DNA of 64,000 nt. It comes from Eubacteriales bacterium. Its GTDB lineage: Bacteria > Bacillota > Clostridia > Oscillospirales > CAG-272. Numbering within the stretch: position 1 is the stretch's first letter; each line of letters begins with the position of its first letter. The notes under the pieces were generated by a model. The model saw nothing but the letters and a program-made list of their open reading frames with translations. It made no database searches and was not told the DNA's origin. Shown here piece by piece: positions 8,123 through 17,705 of this stretch. A program made the translations under genes and the position numbers. Where the stretch lies: positions 3,128 to 67,127 of the forward strand of contig JAZRLS010000045.1 of assembly GCA_045646945.1 (NCBI GenBank), in the 5' to 3' direction.

Positions 8123-9087
8123 AACAAAGAATTTTATCGTTTTTATTGCTACTTTCCATCCTTTGCTTGTTCGTTACCGGCTGTGACTTTGCCAATTATG
8201 GCGTTGAAGGAGACGATGGAAAGCAAAATCAAGAATCGGTCACCGAGCAAAAAGGTGAAGGTGTTGTCGGTTTTGCCTCGGTTGAGGGGATTCCTGATTA
8301 TTCGGGTTCTCCTTACGTAGAGCTTAACGGAAATATTCCCGAATTTACCGACGAGGAAAAATCGACTACAAAATCCTATGAGACCTACAGTCCGCTCGAT
8401 ACGCTTGGACGTTGCGGTGTTACGCACGCCTGCATCGGAAAGGATCTGATGCCGACGGAGGAGAGAGAAAGCATCAGCAGTGTCAAACCCTCGGGATGGC
8501 TCAATAAAAAATATGACACTGCGCTTGTTGATGGCGGATATCTCTATAACAGGGCGCACCTGATTGGATTTCAGCTCACGGGTGAGAATGCCAATGATAG
8601 AAATCTCATTACGGGAACGCGCTATATGAACGTCGAGGGAATGTTGCCCTTTGAGAATATGGTCGCCGACTATGTCAAGGAAACGGGAAATCACGTGATG
8701 TATCGCGTCACTCCGATCTTTGTGGATCGCAATTTGGTCGCCAGCGGAGTGCAAATGGAAGCGTATTCGGTGGAGGACGACGGCGACGGCATCTGCTTTA
8801 ACGTATTCGTTTACAACGTGCAACCGGGAATCCAGATCAATTACTTAACGGGAGATAGTTGCCTTAGCGGAGAAGAGATCAAACCGCAGGAAACACCGCC
8901 TGCGAATGATTCCTCGGATTCCGATGAGGAAAAAACGTATATCTTGAATACCAACAATAAACGGTATCATCTGCCGACCTGCTCCTCGGTGTCCAAGATC
9001 AGTAATGCAAATAAAAGCGTCTTTACGGGTACCAAGCAGTCCTTGAATAATCAAGGATATCAGCCTTGCGGTACGTGCAAGCCGTAA
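8119..9087 (+). CDS. Lipoprotein DNA/RNA non-specific endonuclease (EndA-like) with C-terminal Ada-like metal-binding domain
   Basis: Lipobox FVTGC; LDTLGRCG and YNRAHLIG..L.GENA..RNLITGTRYMN; C-terminal YILNTN..RYH...C...GYQPCGTCKP. Confidence 0.9.
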   Translation: MKQRILSFLLLLSILCLFVTGCDFANYGVEGDDGKQNQESVTEQKGEGVVGFASVEGIPDYSGSPYVELNGNIPEFTDEEKSTTKSYETYSPLDTLGRCGVTHACIGKDLMPTEERESISSVKPSGWLNKKYDTALVDGGYLYNRAHLIGFQLTGENANDRNLITGTRYMNVEGMLPFENMVADYVKETGNHVMYRVTPIFVDRNLVASGVQMEAYSVEDDGDGICFNVFVYNVQPGIQINYLTGDSCLSGEEIKPQETPPANDSSDSDEEKTYILNTNNKRYHLPTCSSVSKISNANKSVFTGTKQSLNNQGYQPCGTCKP

Positions 9088-9093
9088 TAATTG

Positions 9094-9126
9094 AAAAACC
9101 GACGATCAAACGATCGTCGGTTTTTT
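9094..9126. terminator. Bidirectional intrinsic terminator
   Basis: AAAAACCGACGATC-AAAC-GATCGTCGGTTTTTT between convergent genes. Confidence 0.85.
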
Positions 9127-9141
9127 GATAGGATTTAACCT

Positions 9142-10230
9142 TTAAATCGAATTTCGTCTTGCGCGGCGCAGACGGTTGATATGCCGCTCGAAGTCGCCGC
9201 TTTCGATCAGCTCTGTCAGAACGTATTGATCAAACACGGGGACAGTACAGGAATAGAAGCCGAGAATTTCTTCAAATTTTGGGAGTAGGCACTCGGGCAG
9301 AACCATATATCCGATTCGGATGGAGGGGGCGATCGTTTTGGAAAAGGTATTGAGATAGATTACCGAGCCACCTCGTGACATCGAAAAAATGGTATCCTCG
9401 TTTTTGCGGGAAACGGTCAGTTCGGAGTCGAAATTGTCTTCGATGAGGTATCCGTCACGCTGTTCTGCCCAACGAAGATATTCGTTTCTCTTGGAAACGT
9501 CGGCGGTGATTCCCGTGGGGTAGCTGTGAAAGGGCGTTACGTGGAGTACCGTCGCGTTCGTTTTGTCGAGTTCCGAGGATTTGATTCCGTCTTCCCCCAT
9601 TCGCAAGAGCTCGCAGACGATACCGTTACTTTCATAGACCTTTCGTATTTTATCGTATGAGGGATTCTCCAATGCGAAGATTCGACCCTTTCCCAAAAGC
9701 TGTGCAATCATACTGTAAAGATACTCTGCGCCCGAGCCGATAATGATTTGCTCCGCACGCACTCTCATTCCATTGCTTCTGGCAAGATATTCGGCAATCG
9801 TCTGGCGAAGCTCGGAACAGCCGTGGTTGGGCGATTTGATCAGAATCCGCTCTTCGTATTTGGTAAGCACACGGCGCATTGTTTTGGAGAGCAGAGAAAA
9901 GGGGAAGTCCGCATTTGCCGTGATATGTGTGTGCGATGATACTTTTTTTGAACTTTTCGGTTGTTCGGTTTGCGCGGAAAGAAAGTCACTCGATTGATAA
10001 ATAACGAAGTATCCGCTTCTCTGACGGGATTCAATATAGCCTTCGTCACAAAGAATTGAATAGGCGTGCTCTACGGTAATAACACTACACCCCGCCTCTT
10101 CCGACAACAGCCGCTTGGAAGGAAGCTTTGTTCCTATAGGATACACCTGAGAGATGATGTCCTTTCGCAATTGGTAATAAAGTTGAAGATAGGCGGGGGA
10201 AGGATTTTCTTTTTGAATTCGGTATTTCAT
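9142..10230 (-). CDS. MocR/GabR (GntR wHTH + PLP aminotransferase-like) transcriptional regulator, PdxR-like
   Basis: YLQLYYQLR..I....KLPSKR...TVEHAY..L..EGYIE; TPFHSYPTG, IEDNFDSE and TFSKTIAPSIRIGY. Confidence 0.92.
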   Translation of the reverse strand: MKYRIQKENPSPAYLQLYYQLRKDIISQVYPIGTKLPSKRLLSEEAGCSVITVEHAYSILCDEGYIESRQRSGYFVIYQSSDFLSAQTEQPKSSKKVSSHTHITANADFPFSLLSKTMRRVLTKYEERILIKSPNHGCSELRQTIAEYLARSNGMRVRAEQIIIGSGAEYLYSMIAQLLGKGRIFALENPSYDKIRKVYESNGIVCELLRMGEDGIKSSELDKTNATVLHVTPFHSYPTGITADVSKRNEYLRWAEQRDGYLIEDNFDSELTVSRKNEDTIFSMSRGGSVIYLNTFSKTIAPSIRIGYMVLPECLLPKFEEILGFYSCTVPVFDQYVLTELIESGDFERHINRLRRARRNSI

Positions 10231-10233
10231 AGG

Positions 10234-11571
10234 TTATGCACTCTTTTTTATCCCGTTTCTGTTTTGAAAACGGGGAAGAAGTTCTTTGCGAATGACCGAA
10301 ATCTCTTCGATGGTGAGCATTGCAATGACAATGATTGCGTGCGGGACAAAGCATTGGGTCAAAAGGAAGATACATGCATATAAGAATAGGAAAAGCATGG
10401 TATAAATAGTTCTTTTGCGAGCCGAGAACTCGTCCGCACTCTTGATAAACTCCATCAAGGGAAGGAAAGTAAATACCAAAACGTAGAAATAGGAAACGGT
10501 GGGAATCAAAATGATGATTCCTGCCGCGATCATCGAGCGGGAGAAATCGGATATTGTAAAGGTTGCCGTGATGACCGCCAGAACAAAGGTGATAATCATT
10601 AAGCAAAGTGTAAAAACTCCGAAGAAAGTGCTGTTCGCCAGCACAGGGGAAAGAAGATAAAAAGCTTTATAAAGCAAAGAGGAGAGGGAAAGGTTTCGCA
10701 GAGAGAGCAGGCGCTCTCCATTGAACATAAATCCTCCCAGATTGTCGAGAAAAGGATCCATTCCATCAATGCCCGTACGGAAGAGTTGGAAGGAGAGGAA
10801 GAAAATTACGAAGAAATATACGGCGACTCTCGCAGCGGCGAAAAACTTTTTCTGTTTGAGCAAAAAGACGCCTAAGAAGAGAGGGTAGAGCTTAATACAT
10901 CCCGCCAATACAAGGCAGAGATAACCGACCTCGCGTACCCAAGCCTTCGGATGATCGTAAAGCAAAAGGAATAGCAACGAGAAGATCAGGGCAAAATAGA
11001 TGGTATTTCCTCTCATAATGGCGTAAACGCAAGGTGCAGAAAACATCAGAAGCGCGCCTGCTTTGAGTGAGGAAACGAGAGCCAAACGGTATTTTTTCGT
11101 AACGATCAACCAAAGAGTACCGATCGAAAGAACAAAAAACAAAACGATGGCAATCCAAAATTCGGGGTGTAGAATGACACGTGCGGTAAGCTCATCCAAT
11201 GTCAGTTCCATTCCGGAGTGTGCGGAAAATATACCTCGGCAGATCCACGCAAAGGGATAAAGAACGACCACAGCGATCGGTGGATAGGAGGTGCCGTTCG
11301 TCAGGTACGGACTTTGTTTGAGAGAAGCATTCATAATTTCCACAAAATCCGAGAAAATGCTCAGTAGCCAATCGAAGCGGTGACTGCCCATCGAGAGGGC
11401 GGCAAAGGCATAGATATAATACAAAATGATACCAAGCATCGAGGCGACGGTAATTGCCACTACAGTATAGCAGAGAAAGTTTAATAATCTATTTTGTTTC
11501 GAGGACAGAGGCATCGCATCGACAAAAAGAAAATTCTTTTTTTGCGACTTGCCGTTTACATCCAAGGTCAT
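10234..11571 (-). CDS. GT87/DUF2029-like GT-C membrane glycosyltransferase
   Basis: SPY....SYPP, RGN and IKLYP motifs; many TM helices; start chosen by AAAGGA SD. Confidence 0.75.
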   Translation of the reverse strand: MTLDVNGKSQKKNFLFVDAMPLSSKQNRLLNFLCYTVVAITVASMLGIILYYIYAFAALSMGSHRFDWLLSIFSDFVEIMNASLKQSPYLTNGTSYPPIAVVVLYPFAWICRGIFSAHSGMELTLDELTARVILHPEFWIAIVLFFVLSIGTLWLIVTKKYRLALVSSLKAGALLMFSAPCVYAIMRGNTIYFALIFSLLFLLLYDHPKAWVREVGYLCLVLAGCIKLYPLFLGVFLLKQKKFFAAARVAVYFFVIFFLSFQLFRTGIDGMDPFLDNLGGFMFNGERLLSLRNLSLSSLLYKAFYLLSPVLANSTFFGVFTLCLMIITFVLAVITATFTISDFSRSMIAAGIIILIPTVSYFYVLVFTFLPLMEFIKSADEFSARKRTIYTMLFLFLYACIFLLTQCFVPHAIIVIAMLTIEEISVIRKELLPRFQNRNGIKKSA

Positions 11572-11625
11572 GATGAAGTCCTTTCTGAATTTTTTATTAT
11601 TTACCATAAATACATTTTTATAATA

Positions 11626-11654
11626 ATTATACCATAGATGAGGATTTTTGTCAA
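11626..11654 (-). promoter_or_regulatory. Sigma-A promoter of GT87-mocR unit
   Basis: TTGACA-N17-TATAAT on the minus strand. Confidence 0.8.
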
Positions 11655-11686
11655 CGGTACAAAAATGAAAAAAAGAGAAAAAGGAC

Positions 11687-11715
11687 TTGCATTATACGAC
11701 AAAAAATGTTATAAT
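11687..11715 (+). promoter_or_regulatory. Sigma-A promoter of rsmE
   Basis: TTGCAT-N17-TATAAT with TGn extension. Confidence 0.7.
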
Positions 11716-11758
11716 AAATTCATAAATTTTGAGAAATCACAAAATTCGGGAGCTCGTT

Positions 11759-12517
11759 ATGCCAAGATTTTTTATACAGCGGGAGCAGGTGATTGAGAAT
11801 ACCGTTCATCTTTATGGGGAGGATGCACACCATATTGCACGTTCCTTGCGAATGGCGGTGGGAGATGCGCTGACCGTTTGCGATATGCAGGGAGTGGAAT
11901 ACGAGGGACGAATCGAATCCTTTGCGGAAGATCGCGAAGTGATTATTCGTGTCGAGCGAACACAGCAATCTGAACGTGAGCCGCGCTGTCGAATTACGGT
12001 TTTTCAGGCACTTCCCAAGGGGGACAAGCTGGATACTGTGATTCAAAAGGCGGTAGAATGCGGTGCAAGCGAGATTGTTCCGTTTGAGAGTGAGCGGTGT
12101 GTCGTTCGTATGAAGCAGGAAGCAGAACCTAGAAAAACCGAGCGAAGACAAAGAATTGCGACAGAGGCGGCGAAACAGAGCGGACGAAGCGTGATTCCGC
12201 AGGTGTTGCCGACAGTATCTTTGGAAGAAATGCTGGCACTTGCATCAAAATGTGATCTAAAACTTTTTTGCTATGAGGGAGACGGCACCGAACCGCTCGG
12301 AAGAGTTTTGCGCGAGGAGCGGGAAACGCTGATGAAAACCTCGGCAACGGTGGCAATTGTCGTTGGGAGCGAAGGCGGATTCTCCTCGGATGAGGTGGAA
12401 AGAGCAAAAGCCAACGGATTGCGGGCAATTGGACTCGGAAAGCGAATTTTGAGGACCGAAACGGCATCGGGGTTTGTTCTTTCCTGTCTTGTTTACGTTA
12501 CCGAACTGGATGGTTGA
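11759..12517 (+). CDS. rsmE: 16S rRNA m3U1498 methyltransferase
   Basis: MPRFF, HHIARSLR, QKAVECG, EAAKQSGR, GSEGGFS and LGKRILRTETA. Confidence 0.96.
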   Translation: MPRFFIQREQVIENTVHLYGEDAHHIARSLRMAVGDALTVCDMQGVEYEGRIESFAEDREVIIRVERTQQSEREPRCRITVFQALPKGDKLDTVIQKAVECGASEIVPFESERCVVRMKQEAEPRKTERRQRIATEAAKQSGRSVIPQVLPTVSLEEMLALASKCDLKLFCYEGDGTEPLGRVLREERETLMKTSATVAIVVGSEGGFSSDEVERAKANGLRAIGLGKRILRTETASGFVLSCLVYVTELDG

Positions 12518-12687
12518 GTAAAATCACGAAAGATTTTTTTGACTTCTTGGATAATTTCGGTAAAAAAAATTGTTAAAAATTATTAAAAATTATTAAAAAC
12601 CTATTGAAAAATCACAAAAAATAGTGTAAAATATAGGATAGTATATACAATTTCTTTGAAAAAAGTTTTTTGCGAGGTTTGTGAACT

Positions 12688-13773
12688 ATGTCTAACAGAT
12701 TGTTTCAGGGCGTAATTTATCAGATGAAGGATGCTTTTGACCGCGTGATTGGTGTGATCGACGAAAACGGCGTCGTGATCTCCTGCTCGGACTTGGGAAA
12801 AATGGGCGACGTTCGTCAAGGTGTTCGTGAGGAGCTTTCTTTTTCCACCGAATTTATGTCGGTAGACGGATATACCTATCGCTATATGGGTGTCGGTCAA
12901 AAGAGTGAATATATCGTTTTCGTCGAAGGTGAAGACAAAATGGCAGAGAAGATGTCCAAGCTCTTGGCAATTTCTCTTGGCAATATTAAGAGCCTTTATG
13001 ATGAAAAATACGATAAGGGTTCCTTTATTAAGAACATTATTCTTGATAATATTCTTCCTAGTGATATTTACATTAAATCAAAGGAATTGCATTTTAATAC
13101 CGAGGAACTTCGTGTTGTCTTCCTGATCAAATTCTTTGGAAAGACCGATATGATGCCCTTTGAGATGCTTCAGAATATGTTCCCCGATAAGTCCAAGGAC
13201 TATGTTATCAGCGTCGGTGAGCACGATATCGTTCTCGTCAAGGAGCTGAAGCCGGGAACTGAAATGAAGGAAATTGAAAAGCTTGCGATCAATATTGCAG
13301 ATACGCTTTCGACTGAATTCTACACGAAGGTTGTCATCGGTATTTCTACGATCGTTGACAACATCAAAGATCTTGCCAAGGCATATCAGGAAGCTCAGGT
13401 TGCGCTTGAAGTCGGTAAGGTGTTTGAAACCGAAAAGAATATCATTAGTTACGAAAATCTCGGCATCGGCAGATTGATTTATCAGCTTCCTACGACACTT
13501 TGCGAGATGTTCTTGCAGGAGGTCTTTAAGAAGGGAAGTCTTGAAACGCTTGATAGAGAAACTTTGATGACGATTCAGTGCTTCTTTGAAAATAATCTGA
13601 ACGTATCCGAAACCTCGAGAAAGTTGTTCGTACATAGAAACACCCTCGTATACCGCTTGGAGAAGATTCGCAAACTGACGGGATTGGATCTGCGTGAATT
13701 CGAGCACGCGATTACCTTTAAGGTTGCGCTGATGGTCAGAAAATATCTGGACTCCAAGCCTGTGAAGTTTTAA
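12688..13773 (+). CDS. CdaR/PucR family transcriptional regulator
   Basis: C-terminal HTH FFENNLNVSETSRKLFVHRNTLVYRLEKI..LTGLD. Confidence 0.92.
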   Translation: MSNRLFQGVIYQMKDAFDRVIGVIDENGVVISCSDLGKMGDVRQGVREELSFSTEFMSVDGYTYRYMGVGQKSEYIVFVEGEDKMAEKMSKLLAISLGNIKSLYDEKYDKGSFIKNIILDNILPSDIYIKSKELHFNTEELRVVFLIKFFGKTDMMPFEMLQNMFPDKSKDYVISVGEHDIVLVKELKPGTEMKEIEKLAINIADTLSTEFYTKVVIGISTIVDNIKDLAKAYQEAQVALEVGKVFETEKNIISYENLGIGRLIYQLPTTLCEMFLQEVFKKGSLETLDRETLMTIQCFFENNLNVSETSRKLFVHRNTLVYRLEKIRKLTGLDLREFEHAITFKVALMVRKYLDSKPVKF

Positions 13774-13785
13774 ATAGAATCAATT

Positions 13786-13821
13786 GCGGAATACTCCGCC
13801 GTGGCGGAGTATTTCGCTTTT
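13786..13821 (+). terminator. Intrinsic terminator
   Basis: GCGGAATACTCCGCC-GT-GGCGGAGTATTTCGC followed by TTTT. Confidence 0.75.
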
Positions 13822-13895
13822 CGATGCCCGAGTGTGCTCGGGGGTGACTTTGGATTTTTTCTAAACGAAGAAAAAACAAAGGGGAATTTTTTGTA

Positions 13896-15320
13896 GTGTC
13901 AGAAGAATTTAAAAACGAAAACGAGGAGCTGTCGGAAGCGGCTTCTCAAGAAAATGCGCCCTGTGGCGCGCTCTTTGAAAATCAAGACTCGTCGCTTCCC
14001 CAAAAGGAGCGAAAGATTTCGCTTCATACGGCGATTTTTGCGGGAATTGCGCTCGTTTTGGCAGCGGTGATGCTGACTTATACCTGTCTTAGCGGCGTGT
14101 ATTATCAGCGATTGGCGCAATTGCAAAGTTCAAGCTACGAAACGGGCGACGATAAATATTATCCTTTTGAGTTGATCGATCAGATCTTTGCGCAACTTGG
14201 TCTTGCTGAACTCGATGAGGACGCAATGATCGAGAATGCCCTCAAGGCATACGTTGCGGCAACGGGAGATATCCATGCCGCATACTATACCGACGAGGAA
14301 TATGCCGCGTTGCAGGCAGACTCTGAGGGAAAACGGCAGGGAATTGGAATCAACATTGCTTATAATACAATAGAGTATCATGGAGAAACGATCGAGGTCA
14401 TACAGATTACGCACGTTTCCAAGAATTCTCCTGCCGAGAAAGCGGGGCTTTTGGCGGGTGACGTGATCTATGCGGTTGGTGAAAACGGAACAAGCGGTAC
14501 GGTGGATTCGCTTGGGTATGCTACCTCGATTCAACTGATTCATGGCGAAGTTGGAACGAAGGCGGAGTTTACGATTTTGCGTCAAACGGACGGTGCTTGG
14601 AGTGAGCCGATTGCTCAAAGCATTCTTCGAGAAGCATTTATTTCGGATTCCGCATACGGTATGATTTCATCTTCGGGAAAGGTTGGTATCATTCGAATTC
14701 TTGGGTTTGATATGACGACCCCAAGACAGTTTTCTTCGGAGATGGATCGTTTGATCAAAGCCGGATGCGAAAGCTTTGTATTCGACGTTCGCAATAATTT
14801 AGGTGGAAGTTTACAATCGATCGAGGCGATTCTGAGTTATTTCCTTTCCGAAGGAGATCCCTTGATTCGTACGGTTGATAAAGCAGGAAATGAGGAAGTG
14901 TCTACGGTCAAGACGGTGGAATACTCCGGAAAAATGAAGGATTGCAGCGTTTCCGAAGCGGATATCGGCAAGTACAAGGATTTGAAATCGGTGGTGCTTT
15001 GTGACGGTGCTACTGCGAGTGCGGCAGAATTGTTTACAGCGACCTTCCGTGATTATGAGCTTGGCGAGATCGTTGGGACCAAAACTTTCGGCAAGGGAAC
15101 CATGCAACACATGATTTCGTTGGCGAAATATGGTTATTCGGGTGCGCTGAAAATTACCATAGCAAAGTATTATTCCGCAAAGGATACAGAAGGATACGAC
15201 GGCGTTGGAATTTCTCCCGACCATACCGTAGTGCTTGAGGGAGAGAAAAGCATTTATGTCCGTGAAGAATCCGAGGATCATCAGCTGCTTTTCGCACTCG
15301 GACTTCTTGAAAATGATTAA
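13896..15320 (+). CDS. S41 family carboxyl-terminal protease (CtpA-like) with PDZ
   Basis: TM anchor, GIGI PDZ, SPAEKAGL, DVRNNLGG, TASAAE and GTKTFGKG. Confidence 0.9.
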   Translation: MSEEFKNENEELSEAASQENAPCGALFENQDSSLPQKERKISLHTAIFAGIALVLAAVMLTYTCLSGVYYQRLAQLQSSSYETGDDKYYPFELIDQIFAQLGLAELDEDAMIENALKAYVAATGDIHAAYYTDEEYAALQADSEGKRQGIGINIAYNTIEYHGETIEVIQITHVSKNSPAEKAGLLAGDVIYAVGENGTSGTVDSLGYATSIQLIHGEVGTKAEFTILRQTDGAWSEPIAQSILREAFISDSAYGMISSSGKVGIIRILGFDMTTPRQFSSEMDRLIKAGCESFVFDVRNNLGGSLQSIEAILSYFLSEGDPLIRTVDKAGNEEVSTVKTVEYSGKMKDCSVSEADIGKYKDLKSVVLCDGATASAAELFTATFRDYELGEIVGTKTFGKGTMQHMISLAKYGYSGALKITIAKYYSAKDTEGYDGVGISPDHTVVLEGEKSIYVREESEDHQLLFALGLLEND

Positions 15321-15351
15321 ATTATAATTTTATATATGAAGGAGAAATACT

Positions 15352-15822
15352 ATGGCTACGATTTTGAAATATACGCAGGAAGGTTTTGAAAAGCTGAAGG
15401 CGGAATACGAATTCAGAACCAAAGAGGAAAGAGAGCGCATTAAGGTAGCGATTGCCGAAGCGAGATCTTTTGGTGACCTTTCCGAGAACGCAGAGTATGA
15501 CGAAGCAAGAAACGAGCAGGCAAAGAACGAGGCAAGAATCAAAGAATTGGATGATATGATTCAGCACGCAGTTGTCATTGACGATTCTCAGATGGATGCT
15601 GAGATTGTCGGACTCGGTTCGAGCGTAAAGGTGGAGCGCAATGGGGTCGAAGTGGAATATAAGATTGTCGGTTCAAACGAGGCAGATCCGTTTGATAACA
15701 AAATCTCGGATATGTCGCCCGTTGGCAGAGCCTTGATTGGTGCAAAAAAAGGAGATGTCGTTTCTCTTGAGGTTCCTTCGGGAAGCGTCAATCTGAAAGT
15801 ATTGGACGTTTATAAGGCATAA
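15352..15822 (+). CDS. greA: Transcription elongation factor GreA
   Basis: EARSFGDLSENAEY and ISDMSPVGRALIG. Confidence 0.97.
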   Translation: MATILKYTQEGFEKLKAEYEFRTKEERERIKVAIAEARSFGDLSENAEYDEARNEQAKNEARIKELDDMIQHAVVIDDSQMDAEIVGLGSSVKVERNGVEVEYKIVGSNEADPFDNKISDMSPVGRALIGAKKGDVVSLEVPSGSVNLKVLDVYKA

Positions 15823-15902
15823 GACCTACTGAAGCAGTATTTTGGGATTGTCGCAGAAGCTTTGCGGCAATCCCTATCTTTGAATCAAGGAGTCTTTCTT
15901 TT

Positions 15903-16631
15903 ATGAATGAAGAAAAAAGATCCGAATGCGACATTGTCGTACAAGGAAAATTTGCGAAATGGTTTGATAATTTTTGGTATCATTATAAATGGGCAACGAT
16001 CGGTATTGCGGCGGCGATGATGATTCTTGTAATTTGTATCGCTCAGTCTTGCTCCAAAGAAGACAGAGATATTATGATCGTTTATGCAGGTCCGAATACG
16101 CTTTCTGTTGCAGAGGAAGAACAGCTTGGAAAGCTGATGAGCACTCTTTTGCCAAGAGATTTGGATGGCAACGGAGAAGCTGTCGCACATTTGAATACAT
16201 ACCAGATTTATTCTGCGGAGCAGATTCTTGCAATAGAAGCCCAGACAGATTCGGACGGCAAGCCGCTTTCGGTGGATCGCAGCCGCAACAGTAGCAATTA
16301 TAAGGCATATTCCGACTATTTTCAAACGGGTGAGAGCTCGGTTTGCTTTTTGGATCCGTGGTTATACGAACAAATGGCAGAGGCGGAATCCTTGCGTCCT
16401 CTGTCGGACGTCCTTTCGGAGGTGCCTCAAGGTGCGCTGGATGAATACGGTGTTCGTTTGGGGGATACCGAGCTGTATCAAGAGTATGATATACTGAAAT
16501 TATTGCCCGAGGACACGGTGATTTGCTTGGTTCGTCCGTATTTTATCGGGCGAAGCAGTGATGAGAAGCTGTATCAGTTTGAGGTAGATACGTTTTGTTC
16601 GATCGTAACGTATACGAAAGAGGGAGAATGA
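15903..16631 (+). CDS. Conserved hypothetical membrane-anchored protein (NFWYHYKW N-terminus)
   Basis: 242-aa ORF with AAGGAG SD and a single TM segment. Confidence 0.75.
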   Translation: MNEEKRSECDIVVQGKFAKWFDNFWYHYKWATIGIAAAMMILVICIAQSCSKEDRDIMIVYAGPNTLSVAEEEQLGKLMSTLLPRDLDGNGEAVAHLNTYQIYSAEQILAIEAQTDSDGKPLSVDRSRNSSNYKAYSDYFQTGESSVCFLDPWLYEQMAEAESLRPLSDVLSEVPQGALDEYGVRLGDTELYQEYDILKLLPEDTVICLVRPYFIGRSSDEKLYQFEVDTFCSIVTYTKEGE

Positions 16632-17527
16632 AAAAGACGAATCTTTGGACCAATGGATTACTCTTGTTGACAGCAATGATTTGGGGCTTTGCGTTTGTGG
16701 CACAGGTGGACGGCATCAATTACGTGGGCCCTTTGACACTGAACGGCGTTCGCTTTTCGGTAGGCGTTCTTTCTTTGCTTCCCGTCGTTTTGATTTTTGA
16801 AAAAGGACGCAGTGGAAGTGCTGAACGAAAAAAGACGTTGATCTCATCTCTGCTGGCGGGAACGGTGTTGTTTTGCGCATCAACCTTACAGCAGATTGGT
16901 ATTGTTTACACAAGAAGCGCAGGTGTTGCCGGTTTTATTACTGGACTTTATATTGTTTTGATTCCAATTGCTTGCTTTCTTTTGTTTCGTCACAAAACGG
17001 GTGCGCAGATCTGGGTTGGCGCATTGCTTGCGTTAATTGGTCTGTTTTTGCTTTGTTATAAGGTTGGCGAGGGATTTTCCTTTGGCCTTGGCGAGTTGCT
17101 TTTATTGCTTGGCTCCTTCTTTTGGACGGCGCATATGATTTTGGTTGATCGCCTTGGTAAAGAGCTTCGCTCCTTGCATTTTGCTTGGGGACAGTTTTTG
17201 GTGTGTGCGTTGCTTGGAATTCTGGCAATGCTTCTGTTTGAAGAGCCGACTGTATCCGGTATTTTGAACGCGAAGTGGTCGATCCTTTACTGCGGAGTTC
17301 TTTCTGTCGGTGTAGCGTATACGCTTCAGGTGATTGCGCAGAAGAGAGCAGACCCGACCTTTGCCGCAATTTTGCTTTCGATGGAATCGGTGTTCAGCGC
17401 ACTCGGCGGTGCGGTGGTTGGAATGGATCATATTTCGAGTCTTGGCTATCTTGGCTGCGGCTTGATTTTTGCAGGTGTTGTGATCTCTCAGCTTCCTTTT
17501 TCAAGGAAAAAGCTCCCAAAGGAATGA
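16628..17527 (+). CDS. DMT (EamA) family transporter
   Basis: IWGFAFVAQ, GFITGLY and AYTLQVIAQ...AAILLSMESVF; 10 TM segments. Confidence 0.92.
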   Translation: MKKTNLWTNGLLLLTAMIWGFAFVAQVDGINYVGPLTLNGVRFSVGVLSLLPVVLIFEKGRSGSAERKKTLISSLLAGTVLFCASTLQQIGIVYTRSAGVAGFITGLYIVLIPIACFLLFRHKTGAQIWVGALLALIGLFLLCYKVGEGFSFGLGELLLLLGSFFWTAHMILVDRLGKELRSLHFAWGQFLVCALLGILAMLLFEEPTVSGILNAKWSILYCGVLSVGVAYTLQVIAQKRADPTFAAILLSMESVFSALGGAVVGMDHISSLGYLGCGLIFAGVVISQLPFSRKKLPKE

Positions 17528-17568
17528 AGAGATAGACTTTGGCGGATAATACCCGTGGAGGTGTTATT

Positions 17569-17685
17569 ATGCGCGTAACAGAAGAAAAACAGAGAAGAAA
17601 CGATGCCTTCAAAGAAGGCTTTTTGGCAGGACTTGCCGTGATTGGCGGAATTGCTACTGTGCTACTTTTGATTTTTTGGCTATAA
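17569..17685 (+). CDS. Small (38 aa) single-pass membrane protein, not in ORF track
   Basis: GGAGGTG SD at 17557-17563; MRVTEEKQRRNDAFKEGFLAGLAVIGGIATVLLLIFWL. Confidence 0.65.
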   Translation: MRVTEEKQRRNDAFKEGFLAGLAVIGGIATVLLLIFWL

Positions 17686-17705
17686 GAGACAGAGAGGAGA
17701 AGACA

